This document shows, in pieces, positions 9,264-18,892 of a stretch of DNA of 64,000 nucleotides (within the stretch, counting starts at the first letter, position 1; every line of letters begins with the position of its first letter). Below the pieces are notes generated by a model, which was given only the letters and a program-made list of their open reading frames with translations, searched no databases and was not told where the DNA came from. A program made the translations under genes and the position numbers. Origin of the DNA: Candidatus Parcubacteria bacterium. GTDB lineage: Bacteria; Patescibacteriota; Minisyncoccia; Phycocordibacterales; UBA5272. The stretch is taken from contig JBDKJD010000004.1 in the NCBI GenBank assembly GCA_039796775.1, positions 6,103 to 70,102 of the forward strand. The letters run 5' to 3'.

Positions 9264-11120
9264 TTATTCTGTTACAAGAGAGGGGTTGGTTGGCCAATTT
9301 TCTCCTTTGATAAAGGTGGTGATCGGATCAAATGTAATCTTAATACGATTCTTAGATAATACTTCGTCAGCCTCTAAGACAATTGCTGATGTGATAGCAG
9401 GAGAGGTGCCTCTTTGACTAAGAGAAGGTTTGACTGCGAGACTCACCTCACCTGTTTTGGTTTCTCCACCATTAAGAGCTCCGGCATTAAAAGAAACAGT
9501 TCTTGTTCTAGCGTCATAAGAAAATGATTGACCGCTGCCATACACGTCTCTCCATGAAACATAAAAAGGAAGCGTGAAAGAAACTTTAGCATTCTTAATC
9601 GCATTTTGTGCACTAATAGAGAGCGAGACTGTGTAGGTTGTTTGATTATTAGCAACCGGTGGTATTGGACCTGTGTTGTTGAGTGACCCGTTTGCATATG
9701 AAGTTCTAGCTTCGAGTGAAGCACTTCCTTTGATCGCATATGTTTTAGAAAACACATTAGTCACATCAGAATCAGAAACATCAAGAGCTTCAGAGACTAA
9801 GGAGAGTGAAAGCGTTGGTGAGTTGAAGCCACTCGTGACAGTAGGCATACTCACCACAAGTGTTCCCTGACCTCCTGGTGGAAGAATTCTAAGATCAGGG
9901 AGTAACGAAGCATCCCATGTGATGGTTTTCTTTTGTGAATCATAATAACCTTTGTTTGGGGCAACATCATTGTAGATAATAGCGTCACCGTCAAGCGCTA
10001 GTCGTAATACTACATTCTCAAGAGGTTTTGATCCTGCATTCTTGTAACTAATAACCACTGTCACTCTATCGGCGTAGGTAATAGACTCGTCTCCTCCTAT
10101 TGTAGAAGAGAGGGAGAATTGAGTATCGAGTGGCGACTTTCTGAGTGTGACATCTTTGACCGTTGAAGAGTAAACAATGCCAAGCACTTTGTTGGAGTCA
10201 CTTTGTGAACCTAGTTTTGAAACAATAGAAGCAACCTCTCCTACTCTTCCCTTGAAAAATCCCTTCACAAAAAAACTATACTTTTCACCCTTCTTGATTG
10301 AAGGGATTTCCCATGAAGTAGTGCGTGGAAGTGGTGGACGCTCTTCGCTTGCCTTTTCAAAGGATTGAGGGAATGTGACGAGTAACACACTTTTAGGTGA
10401 TGATGTTGATGAATTATTCTCGACCGTGAATATAAACGTTCCTTCTTGTCCAACCGAGAGTACTTCTGGTCCTTTGACTGAGACAGAGACGGGTGGCGTC
10501 TCTATGATTACGTCCGTGGTTACGATTTTGTTAAACGTCGCATTAGATCCTGGTACTTTATATTCCAACTTCACTGTTATATCTCTACTCTCCCCTTCTC
10601 TACCATAAAGACTAAGAGAGAAGTCTTGTCGCTTGAACTCGTCTTTGGCAACAGCTCCGACCGGTCTCTTTTCTTGTATCTTCTCTTGTTCATCTTCAGA
10701 TGACGACCCCTGTTTGTACAATAATGTCAGAGTCACATCTTCAAGTGTCACCTTGTTGTTATTACGAAGTGTAACAACAAGCGGTACAGTATCCCCTCCT
10801 TCGACAAAAGGAGTTATCTCAAGCGTTGTATCTATGTTGGCTGCAGATACTACATTTTGAAGAGAGATAACTCTATATGCAGTAAAAAGAAGCACGAGAA
10901 GCAAAGTAATAAGGGAGAACAAAAAGAACATTAACCCAAAAGAAAATTTCTTATCTTCTTTTTTGACGAGAATAGGACCATCTTCTCCCCAGGATGTTGG
11001 GAGATCGACATTCTTGGTGGACTTCACCCGATGAATATCGGCATTAAAATCTTTATTTTTTGGATCATAGAGCTCATGCTCTATTCTATCAAGAGGGCTT
11101 ATAGTGTTATCTTTTTCCAT
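9264..11120 (-). CDS. membrane-anchored protein with repeated Ig-like beta domains
   Basis: One N-terminal TM, beta-rich repeats, NTGPIPP motif. Confidence 0.7.
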   Translation of the reverse strand: MEKDNTISPLDRIEHELYDPKNKDFNADIHRVKSTKNVDLPTSWGEDGPILVKKEDKKFSFGLMFFLFSLITLLLVLLFTAYRVISLQNVVSAANIDTTLEITPFVEGGDTVPLVVTLRNNNKVTLEDVTLTLLYKQGSSSEDEQEKIQEKRPVGAVAKDEFKRQDFSLSLYGREGESRDITVKLEYKVPGSNATFNKIVTTDVIIETPPVSVSVKGPEVLSVGQEGTFIFTVENNSSTSSPKSVLLVTFPQSFEKASEERPPLPRTTSWEIPSIKKGEKYSFFVKGFFKGRVGEVASIVSKLGSQSDSNKVLGIVYSSTVKDVTLRKSPLDTQFSLSSTIGGDESITYADRVTVVISYKNAGSKPLENVVLRLALDGDAIIYNDVAPNKGYYDSQKKTITWDASLLPDLRILPPGGQGTLVVSMPTVTSGFNSPTLSLSLVSEALDVSDSDVTNVFSKTYAIKGSASLEARTSYANGSLNNTGPIPPVANNQTTYTVSLSISAQNAIKNAKVSFTLPFYVSWRDVYGSGQSFSYDARTRTVSFNAGALNGGETKTGEVSLAVKPSLSQRGTSPAITSAIVLEADEVLSKNRIKITFDPITTFIKGENWPTNPSLVTE

Positions 11121-11166
11121 ACAACGTATATGTAGAATTGTATCTATGAGTATAGCAGACTTGTGA

Positions 11167-11721
11167 TTATAATTGTGATTCTTTGAGCACTTGTAATGTA
11201 TGACGCTTCACTCTTTCTTTGTTGAGAAGTACATGAGTATAGAGATCATGTGTCGTGTATGACTTATATTCTGTTATATCTTTGGCACCTATTATCATAG
11301 CGTCAGCATATCCAAGCTCAACCAACATCACATAATGAATAAGGAGTCTTGTCGTTTCTTCGTCATATGAAGCACTCGCTTCTAATAACGCATACATCTG
11401 ATCGTATAATCTTCTACTTGGACCTTGTCCTTTGATGAATCTATTAATAAGCGAAGTGATTGTGTCGTGTAATGTTGACTCCATCAGTATCTCTTCCCCA
11501 CCTACTACTCTCCATACTTCTTTGCCTCTTACTAAAGTAACTCTTGATAATTGCCTTGGGCGTATATGCGCTCTTAACTTACTCTCCAATTTTCTAATAC
11601 CTTTGGCGATAGCAATAATCAAACCGAACTCTCTTGTGAAAAGTTTAAAAGCTTTGTCATGTTCTCCTTGATCATAACTTTCGATAACAAAAGAATCTGT
11701 TGTGTATTTTTCTATAGCCAC
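11167..11721 (-). CDS. recO: DNA repair protein RecO (short)
   Basis: GEHDKAFKLFTREFGLIIAIAKGIRKLESKLR. Confidence 0.85.
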   Translation of the reverse strand: MAIEKYTTDSFVIESYDQGEHDKAFKLFTREFGLIIAIAKGIRKLESKLRAHIRPRQLSRVTLVRGKEVWRVVGGEEILMESTLHDTITSLINRFIKGQGPSRRLYDQMYALLEASASYDEETTRLLIHYVMLVELGYADAMIIGAKDITEYKSYTTHDLYTHVLLNKERVKRHTLQVLKESQL

Positions 11722-11748
11722 AATGGAAGAGATGTTAGAGCTTAGACA

Positions 11749-14700
11749 TTAGACAACAGATAAATACACCACACCAGAAGAAAGTTCGACCACGTTCTCG
11801 GTAAGCGATATGTCGACTTTAATTTCTTTTATTTTGCAAACAGAAAGAAGTGAAGACATGTCTCCAAAATCAAGATCTTTTGAGATAGTGAGAGTTATCT
11901 CATCTCCAGGGACGAGCCCTGCTTCTTTGCGAGCATCCTGTACTGCGCGCATTACCTTACGGAGATCCCCCTCTTTCTGCAACTCTTCGGTGATAGTTGT
12001 ATCTAAGGTTACATCTTCTACTTGGCTTACATCATACTTAACCTCTTTCACATTAAGCTCATCAAGTATGAGCTGTTTATATTCATCATCTAGTTTTTCT
12101 TTAAATGTGACAGAAAGGAGAGGCTGCTTAACATTAAGCTTAAGAGCTGTTCTTTTCATGAGTCCTAGGGAGACAAGTTCACGAGTCTTCTTCATCATAG
12201 TGAGAACTTCTTCTTCGATCATTCCTTCGCTTGGCCAGCTCTCTAGGTGTACAGATTCTTTCTCTTTGCTCACCGTCATATAGATACGCTCAGCCATAAA
12301 CGGCATAACAGGCGCTATAGCTTTTGAGAATACATCTAGGGCGTATGATAGTACTCCGTAGGTTTCTTTCTTTATCTCCTCACCTTCATCTCCTTTAAGT
12401 GCGCCTCTTGTGCGGCGTACATACCACACAGAAAGATCATCCACGAACTGATCGACTCCTCGAGTTGCTTCATCAAGAGTGTAGGAGTTATACCCACTAG
12501 TTGCGTCTCTTACAACCTCATGGACACGACTAAGTATCCACCTGTCTAGTACATTGTTTCCGACAGACATTCTTTCTGCACCGTCTATCTTATTCATCTC
12601 GTAGAGAGAGAGCACATTCTCAAGACGCTGTATAACTTTTTTGTACACCTCTTCCACACTCTTATCTGAGAACTCAACACTCTCACCCTTAATAACTGGC
12701 GATGATAAAAGAAAGTATCTAATTGCATCAACACCGAATTTTTCTACAAGTAGAAGCGGGTCAGTATAATTTTTCTTACTCTTACTCATTTTCTCTCCAC
12801 CTTCTGCAAGCACCACGCCATTTACAATGACATGTCTGTACGGCGCCTTATCAAAGAGTCCGACACTTAGATTGATGAGTGAATAGAACCAACCTCTTGT
12901 CTGGTCCATCCCTTCTGCGATAAAGTCAGCAGGAAAGTTTTTATCAAAGAGTTCTTTGTTCTCAAATGGATAATGAAGAGAAGCGAAAGGCATAGACCCA
13001 GATTCGTACCAACAATCAAACACATCAACTACACGCTTGTATTCTTTCCCATCAATCTCTAAGACAACCTCATCTATATACGGACGATGAAGATTAATAG
13101 CTCCAGTCTCATCTCTTGGGACGAGCAATAGATCAAGCTTTCTCACTTCTGCATTGCCTGGATAAAGCTTCGCACCTTCATGTTCGTCATCATGTATCAA
13201 CTCTTCTTCTGTTGTGAGAGTAGCTCCAGCAAAAATCATACGCGCAGGACCCCCGTGGGTAACGATGAGAATATTTTTTCCTTCATAGTTCTTCTCAAGA
13301 TCACAGAGTGCGGCCACGGAGCGATGCATCATCTCTTCGTGAGTCTCTCCGCCTTCTACACGAGTATCATATGCAACGAATGATCCAGGAAGAGAGGCGA
13401 AGTATTCATCCCTACTCTTCCCGTCAAAGATTCCCATGTCATACTCTCTCAGTCTTTCATCAAACTCAACCTTAACGCCAAGGATACTGCCAACAATCTC
13501 TGCTGTTTCCTTTCCACGAAGTACAGGAGACGCGACAATCATGTCTATCTTTTTGTCCTGAAGAAGTAGAGCGGCGTCTGTTGCCTGACTCATCCCCTTT
13601 TCCGTAAGATGATTATCTTTATTGGTGCCTTTATCTAAAATATTATTCACATTGCTCCACGCTTCTCCGTGACGCATGACATAGTAGGTGTTCTTTGGTT
13701 TATCTTTGCGAAGCTGCGCGAGCTCTTTCAAGGAACCCAAAACTTTTATATCTCCATCTTCGCTCTTCCACACAGGAAGTGGTGCCCCCCAATACCGTGT
13801 GCGAGATACAGCCCATTCACGAGCCCCTTCTAACCACTTGCCGAAACGGCCATCTTTAATATGTGACGGTGTCCAACCAATCTTACTATTTTCTTCTAGG
13901 AGTTTGTCTTTGATTTTTGGAACATCGATAAACCATGACGATGTCGCATAGTTAAGAAGCGGTGTAGAACATCTCCAGCAGAGTGGATATGAGTGGACTA
14001 TCTTATGCTTCTCAAAAAGCTTCCCGTTATGGGCGAGCCATTTAATGATTTCAATATCAGCTGATTGAGTATCATCCTTCTTCTTCACTTTCATTCCAGC
14101 AAAATCAGTCACAGCATCTGTGAATGTTCCATCCATCTTCACGTGCTTAATAATTGGTATCTTGTTAGCTTTTGCTAATTCCATGTCATCTGCTCCAAAG
14201 GCTGGAGCTTCGTGCGCGACACCTGTTCCTGTGTCGTCGGTGATGAAGTCTGCGTGCCATATCTTCCAAATGTTTTCTTTGTTCTCAAGAGAGACGTCTT
14301 TGAAGTAAGCAAATGGTGGGAGGTATGACTTACCTATCAAACTATTAACATCTACTATTTCTCCTACGGTAAACACCTTTCCTTTGAAAGTTTCTTCCAC
14401 TCGACTTTTAGCCAGAATAAAGGTTGCACCTTCTTCCCCTTCTACATTCATTACTTTTACATACTCTATATCTTTATGGATTGCGAGTGCTGTATTTCCA
14501 GGAAGAGTCCACGGTGTTGTAGTCCACGCGAGAACATATGTTCCCAGCTCATCACAAAGCTCAAACTTCACAGTTACTGAGAGATCTGTGACATCATGAT
14601 ACTCAAGACCAACCTCTGATTGAGCAAGCGGGGTCTCACATCTCGGACAGATATGCATCATCTTATTCCCTTCATATGCGAGACCCTTCGTATAGAGTTC

Positions 14701-15198
14701 TTTCCACGCCCACCAAATACTTTCTGTATAGGTGTGATCCATCGTCTTGTACGGATGCTCCATATCAACCCATCTTCCAAGACGGGGAACTATTCTTTTC
14801 CACTCTGCATCATATTGTAGAACTGACGCAGCAGCCTCATGATTAAACTTTCCTATTCCATACTCTTCAATGTCTTTCTTCGACGCGAGTTCGAGTTTCT
14901 TCTCTATCAAGTTCTCAATTGGAAGCCCATGACAATCCCAACCCCATACACGACGAACACTGTTCCCCTTCATTGTTTGATATCTTGGAATCGCATCTTT
15001 GATGGTACCTGCCAAGATATGTCCCATATGTGGAAGACCTGTTGCAAACGGAGGCCCGTCATAAAAAGTAAAATCTCCTTTTGGTACATCTCCGCCTGGA
15101 GTCTCGAGCGACTTTTCAAAAATCTTTTTCTCTTGCCAGAAAGCCAATGTCTCTAACTCTTTCTCGTTAATAGTTTTTGGGGTTGGGGTATCGTTCAT
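11749..15198 (-). CDS. ileS: isoleucyl-tRNA synthetase with inserted histidine-phosphatase domain
   Basis: FYDGPPFATGLPHMGH, GWDCHGLP, WTTTPWTLP, KMSKS; insert with MRHGEA, SPVLR, LREYDMG and VTHGGP. Confidence 0.97.
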   Translation of the reverse strand: MNDTPTPKTINEKELETLAFWQEKKIFEKSLETPGGDVPKGDFTFYDGPPFATGLPHMGHILAGTIKDAIPRYQTMKGNSVRRVWGWDCHGLPIENLIEKKLELASKKDIEEYGIGKFNHEAAASVLQYDAEWKRIVPRLGRWVDMEHPYKTMDHTYTESIWWAWKELYTKGLAYEGNKMMHICPRCETPLAQSEVGLEYHDVTDLSVTVKFELCDELGTYVLAWTTTPWTLPGNTALAIHKDIEYVKVMNVEGEEGATFILAKSRVEETFKGKVFTVGEIVDVNSLIGKSYLPPFAYFKDVSLENKENIWKIWHADFITDDTGTGVAHEAPAFGADDMELAKANKIPIIKHVKMDGTFTDAVTDFAGMKVKKKDDTQSADIEIIKWLAHNGKLFEKHKIVHSYPLCWRCSTPLLNYATSSWFIDVPKIKDKLLEENSKIGWTPSHIKDGRFGKWLEGAREWAVSRTRYWGAPLPVWKSEDGDIKVLGSLKELAQLRKDKPKNTYYVMRHGEAWSNVNNILDKGTNKDNHLTEKGMSQATDAALLLQDKKIDMIVASPVLRGKETAEIVGSILGVKVEFDERLREYDMGIFDGKSRDEYFASLPGSFVAYDTRVEGGETHEEMMHRSVAALCDLEKNYEGKNILIVTHGGPARMIFAGATLTTEEELIHDDEHEGAKLYPGNAEVRKLDLLLVPRDETGAINLHRPYIDEVVLEIDGKEYKRVVDVFDCWYESGSMPFASLHYPFENKELFDKNFPADFIAEGMDQTRGWFYSLINLSVGLFDKAPYRHVIVNGVVLAEGGEKMSKSKKNYTDPLLLVEKFGVDAIRYFLLSSPVIKGESVEFSDKSVEEVYKKVIQRLENVLSLYEMNKIDGAERMSVGNNVLDRWILSRVHEVVRDATSGYNSYTLDEATRGVDQFVDDLSVWYVRRTRGALKGDEGEEIKKETYGVLSYALDVFSKAIAPVMPFMAERIYMTVSKEKESVHLESWPSEGMIEEEVLTMMKKTRELVSLGLMKRTALKLNVKQPLLSVTFKEKLDDEYKQLILDELNVKEVKYDVSQVEDVTLDTTITEELQKEGDLRKVMRAVQDARKEAGLVPGDEITLTISKDLDFGDMSSLLSVCKIKEIKVDISLTENVVELSSGVVYLSVV

Positions 15199-15215
15199 AA
15201 TAATTAATTAGTTGA

Positions 15216-15443
15216 TAGAAAAAAGAAAACTCGCCCTCATGAACTACGATTTCTCATAGTTCACAAGGACGAGCATTCTTAAATGTCGTGGTACCACCTT
15301 GGTTTATGTTCGCATCGTTAAGAAAAAGTTTTTTTCTTAACGATGCGAACAACTCATTTGTATTGGGTTCTACTTAGTATTTCCATAGGTCTTGCCTATG
15401 GGAATACTTTTCTTCCCATAACTCCGGGGTGATTAGTCCCATC
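15216..15443 (-). promoter_or_regulatory. T-box riboswitch (Ile), ultrashort Stem I type, with terminator
   Basis: Minus strand: GAUGGGACUAAUCACCCCGGAG (AUC specifier), GGAAGAA/AGUAGAACC S-turn motifs, T-box AAGGUGGUACCACG at 15287-15300, then GC stem plus U tract; directly upstream of ileS. Confidence 0.85.
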
Positions 15444-15513
15444 AACGTTATATAGTTACTATTCTATAGTATTGATAATAAAACACAAGGATGAAAGAAA
15501 AGAGTAAAGTACA

Positions 15514-16017
15514 TTAGGATAGAGATGATATCTTTTCTTTATCTAAAAGAGCAATGTTATCTGCTGTAAAAACAGGAGTATACAATCTAACTGAAACATA
15601 CAGATTTTTATCAAAAGTAACAAGAGGAACTCCTATAGCTAAAGAGTGTGCAGCTATAGTAAGATCTGTTGTTCTTAAAAAGTTATCCCTAATCTTTTTC
15701 TTAACCTCTTCTTTGCTGTGAAACTTATGGACGGCTTTAATAAAACTCAAGAAAGACAACTTAAGGACCACTACACCGGGATCAAAAATAAATTTAGTAA
15801 TAGCTTTTTGCACATCCTCTGGATGATAACCTTTTCTTAACAAAACAATAGCTGTCTCTTCTATGCTCGTCTCACTAACAAAAATTCTTTTCTTTTTTCC
15901 TAAGTCTGATCCTATCTTTCTCACAAAATCTGCCGCAGCAGAACTTAACTCTTCATCAGGAACAAGTAGACCTATGACAACATTGGAATCGATCAGGAAG
16001 CCACTATACTGATCCAT
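15514..16017 (-). CDS. PIN-domain (VapC-like) nuclease
   Basis: LIDSNVVI, SIEETA, TTDLTIAA, LVTFDKNL acidic PIN residues. Confidence 0.85.
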   Translation of the reverse strand: MDQYSGFLIDSNVVIGLLVPDEELSSAAADFVRKIGSDLGKKKRIFVSETSIEETAIVLLRKGYHPEDVQKAITKFIFDPGVVVLKLSFLSFIKAVHKFHSKEEVKKKIRDNFLRTTDLTIAAHSLAIGVPLVTFDKNLYVSVRLYTPVFTADNIALLDKEKISSLS

Positions 16018-16117
16018 ATCTTAGTTCAGACAAAATTTGCGCTGCACTTTTTTCAGATTTTATTTTAGGTAACTTTATTTTAAGCAAATTGCTTTTTATA
16101 ACAGTTTTTTTATTCAT
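16004..16117 (-). CDS. putative 37-aa antitoxin (not in ORF track)
   Basis: MNKKTVIKSNLLKIKLPKIKSEKSAAQILSELRYGSV*, overlapping the PIN start by 14 nt. Confidence 0.55.
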   Translation of the reverse strand: MNKKTVIKSNLLKIKLPKIKSEKSAAQILSELRYGSV

Positions 16118-16234
16118 AAAATAATGATAACACTTTGGTTAAAAAATAAAAAGGTTATCTATAAATCACTAATTACTCCCCACTTCGCTAAAGCGTAGCG
16201 GGATGATTTTCAGGCGATGTCCCCAGCCTGAAAA

Positions 16235-17971
16235 TCACATTCTCTCAGGCGCATTACATCCAAGAACATGGAGCCCGTCCTTGAGAATATACTTCACTCT
16301 TCTCACAATAGCTAAGCGATGAGCATTCCCCTCCACATCTTCCTCTACAATAATCTGATTCGATGCATAATAACTATTAAATGATTGGGCGATAGTAAAA
16401 AGATAACTCACGAGCTTCTGTGGTGAGAGTGTATCGATAACGTCTGTGAGCACTTCTTCGTAATGAAGCAACTCTCTTTCAAGTGATGTAGCTGCGAAAT
16501 TACCAAACTCTGGATTCTCGACACCACCCTTCTCAAGAAGTGATGAAGTACGTGCATGCGTATACATGAGGTACGGACCAGAGTCTCCTTCAAATGACAA
16601 TGACGTCTCAGGGTCAAAGTTAATATTGATACCCGGCTTTGAACGAAGCACTGCCACACGAAGTGCAGAGAGTGCAACATCTCGCACAAGACTATCTTTT
16701 TCTTCATCACTTAAGTGCGCAATTTTGTCACTACTTTTTTCTCTTACTTCTTCTTCGACTGCAGCAATAACATCAAGCGCAAGCGGTACACCACCTAAGC
16801 GACTAGACATCTTAGCTCCTTTAAAGAGCATGCGACCGTGAGGTACGTGTATACTTTTATCAGCCCACGATTTCCATGTGGCATCTATCTTTGAAGTCGC
16901 ATCAAGAACAACCTTGAAGTGGTGCGTCTGTTCTGTGTCTGTTATAAAATATGATACATCAACATTTCCGTACTCAGTAAACTTTTTGTAAATAAGCCCT
17001 ATATCTTTCGCTTCGTAGGTTGGGTGCCCTTCGCTATTAATGAATACTGAGGTATTAATATCTTTTCTCTCTTCATCTGGAACATAGACGATTGCACCCT
17101 GACTTTCAGTAAACACTTTCCCTTCTCCAGTGTGATTAAGAACAATTTCTTTCCCGATCTCTTCAACATCACTTTCAAAAATAACTTTTCCCATTTTTGA
17201 GCCAAGGCTTTCGAGTGCGTTTTCAAAATAGATAGTATTAATGCTTCTTGCTTTGTGCCATAACTCTACATCTTCTCCAGAATTTTTCTCATAAAGATTC
17301 TTAGCGATCTGTCGCATCTCTTTTTCTGCTTCTTGATTTTCTTTTGCAAGAGCTACTCCACGCACGTAACAGGTTCCGAAATAATCTACTATCTTTGACT
17401 CTTCTTCAAGCGAATGATCTTGTAAAAGAAAATTAATATCAGGTGACACACCCTCTTCTTTATCCTTCTTCCAAATATAAATAGCCTTGGCGATACCAAA
17501 AGAAATGTCAGATGGGAAACATAGTACTTGGGGTTGTGTCCCTCCTCTTGCTACAGCACGAGTAACAAACTCTCCGACAATATTATTCATCAAGTGCCCA
17601 ATATGGAACGGCTTAAAAAGGTTCGGAGATGAGTGCTCAACAAGAATTTTTTTTCCTTTTAATCTTATAGAGATTTCTTTTTCTTTGTTTTCTTCTCGGA
17701 TCTTTTCGTCTGTTAAGAAAAAATTAATAAACCCAGGACCTGCGATTTCTATTTTAGAAATAACGCCCTTTTCTTTTAAAGCAATCTCGAGTTTCGCAAC
17801 AAACTCATCAGCAAGAGCTTTTGGAGAAACACCTCGCGGTTTAGCAAGAACAAGACATACGTTAGTAGCGTAGTCACCATAAGCAATATCAGAAGGGGTC
17901 TCAAGAATAAATGACACATTTTCTCCTCCTAATTTCTGTATTTCATTTTTTATGACATCATATGCATTCAT
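16235..17971 (-). CDS. argS: arginyl-tRNA synthetase
   Basis: GDYATN, IAGPGFINF, EHSSPNLFKPFHIGH, KMSSRLG, GDSGPYLMYTHAR, PERM end. Confidence 0.97.
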   Translation of the reverse strand: MNAYDVIKNEIQKLGGENVSFILETPSDIAYGDYATNVCLVLAKPRGVSPKALADEFVAKLEIALKEKGVISKIEIAGPGFINFFLTDEKIREENKEKEISIRLKGKKILVEHSSPNLFKPFHIGHLMNNIVGEFVTRAVARGGTQPQVLCFPSDISFGIAKAIYIWKKDKEEGVSPDINFLLQDHSLEEESKIVDYFGTCYVRGVALAKENQEAEKEMRQIAKNLYEKNSGEDVELWHKARSINTIYFENALESLGSKMGKVIFESDVEEIGKEIVLNHTGEGKVFTESQGAIVYVPDEERKDINTSVFINSEGHPTYEAKDIGLIYKKFTEYGNVDVSYFITDTEQTHHFKVVLDATSKIDATWKSWADKSIHVPHGRMLFKGAKMSSRLGGVPLALDVIAAVEEEVREKSSDKIAHLSDEEKDSLVRDVALSALRVAVLRSKPGININFDPETSLSFEGDSGPYLMYTHARTSSLLEKGGVENPEFGNFAATSLERELLHYEEVLTDVIDTLSPQKLVSYLFTIAQSFNSYYASNQIIVEEDVEGNAHRLAIVRRVKYILKDGLHVLGCNAPERM

Positions 17972-18060
17972 GTCTCTATACTACATCATTTGTTATATAT
18001 TAAAAAGAAAGAGCCAGAATTTGCGTACGCAAATTCTGGCTCTCATGCATGCATGAGTAA

Positions 18061-18759
18061 TCAAAACTTTAAATTAAGCCGAGGCCTAATTTTTTCGACT
18101 ACCAGCTGGTGTACTTCAACACGGGTCAATTCATACCCATCATCACGTACGCATGGAATACTGAGCCAGTTAAATGTTTTGGCATAAAACATTCCTGCCT
18201 CATGTCCGTTTCGGACATATACTAGATCACGCTCTACTGCATCAAGCTGACCACCCGTTGACTGAGCTCTCAATTGTGCACGTTTCTGAGAAACCTCAAA
18301 CGGTAATTCAAGATATACGGTCACGTGCGGAGGTGGAAGCTTAAGCATTCCATACTCAAAATCATAGAGCCATCGACCAAACTTTTCTCTTTCTTCTTCT
18401 GTTGGAAACTTACCACCCTGGTGAAGTAAGTTGGATTCAACATATCGATCAAAGATCAAAATGTCATTTACTTGAATCAATTGCTCTAAATGTGGAAGAG
18501 ATTCTCTGCGATCTGCAGAGTAAAGTTGACTTGCGGCATATGGATCAACGTTTGCAAAGTTGTATACGTCTTTGTTGGGACCTTTCAGTGCCTCCCACAA
18601 AGCCCAACCCCCTGCGGTCTATTTATACCTTGGAAAGGAAACACTCCCGACGGTTTTTCCTTTCTCCGTAAACCACTTTTTAAGCATACTGCTTTGAGTT
18701 TCTTTACCAGAACCGTCTGACCCTTCAATAGCGATCAAAATTGTATCATTGCTTGACAT
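18061..18759 (-). pseudogene. tmk: thymidylate kinase with in-frame TAG at codon 47 (18619-18621)
   Basis: AAGGAG + ATG at 18759 reads IAIEGSDGSGKETQ..SFPRYK*TAGGW and continues in frame into LYSADR, FDRYVESN. Confidence 0.85.
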
Positions 18760-18892
18760 GTCTTTTCTCCTTCACCTTTCGGTATGAATGTAAAATGAAC
18801 CTACATCTTAGCCTACAGTAAAGAAAGAGATGTCACAAGCAAACAAAAAAGGCAGATGTCAATCCGCCTTTTAACCCTTTCGGGAAAGAACT

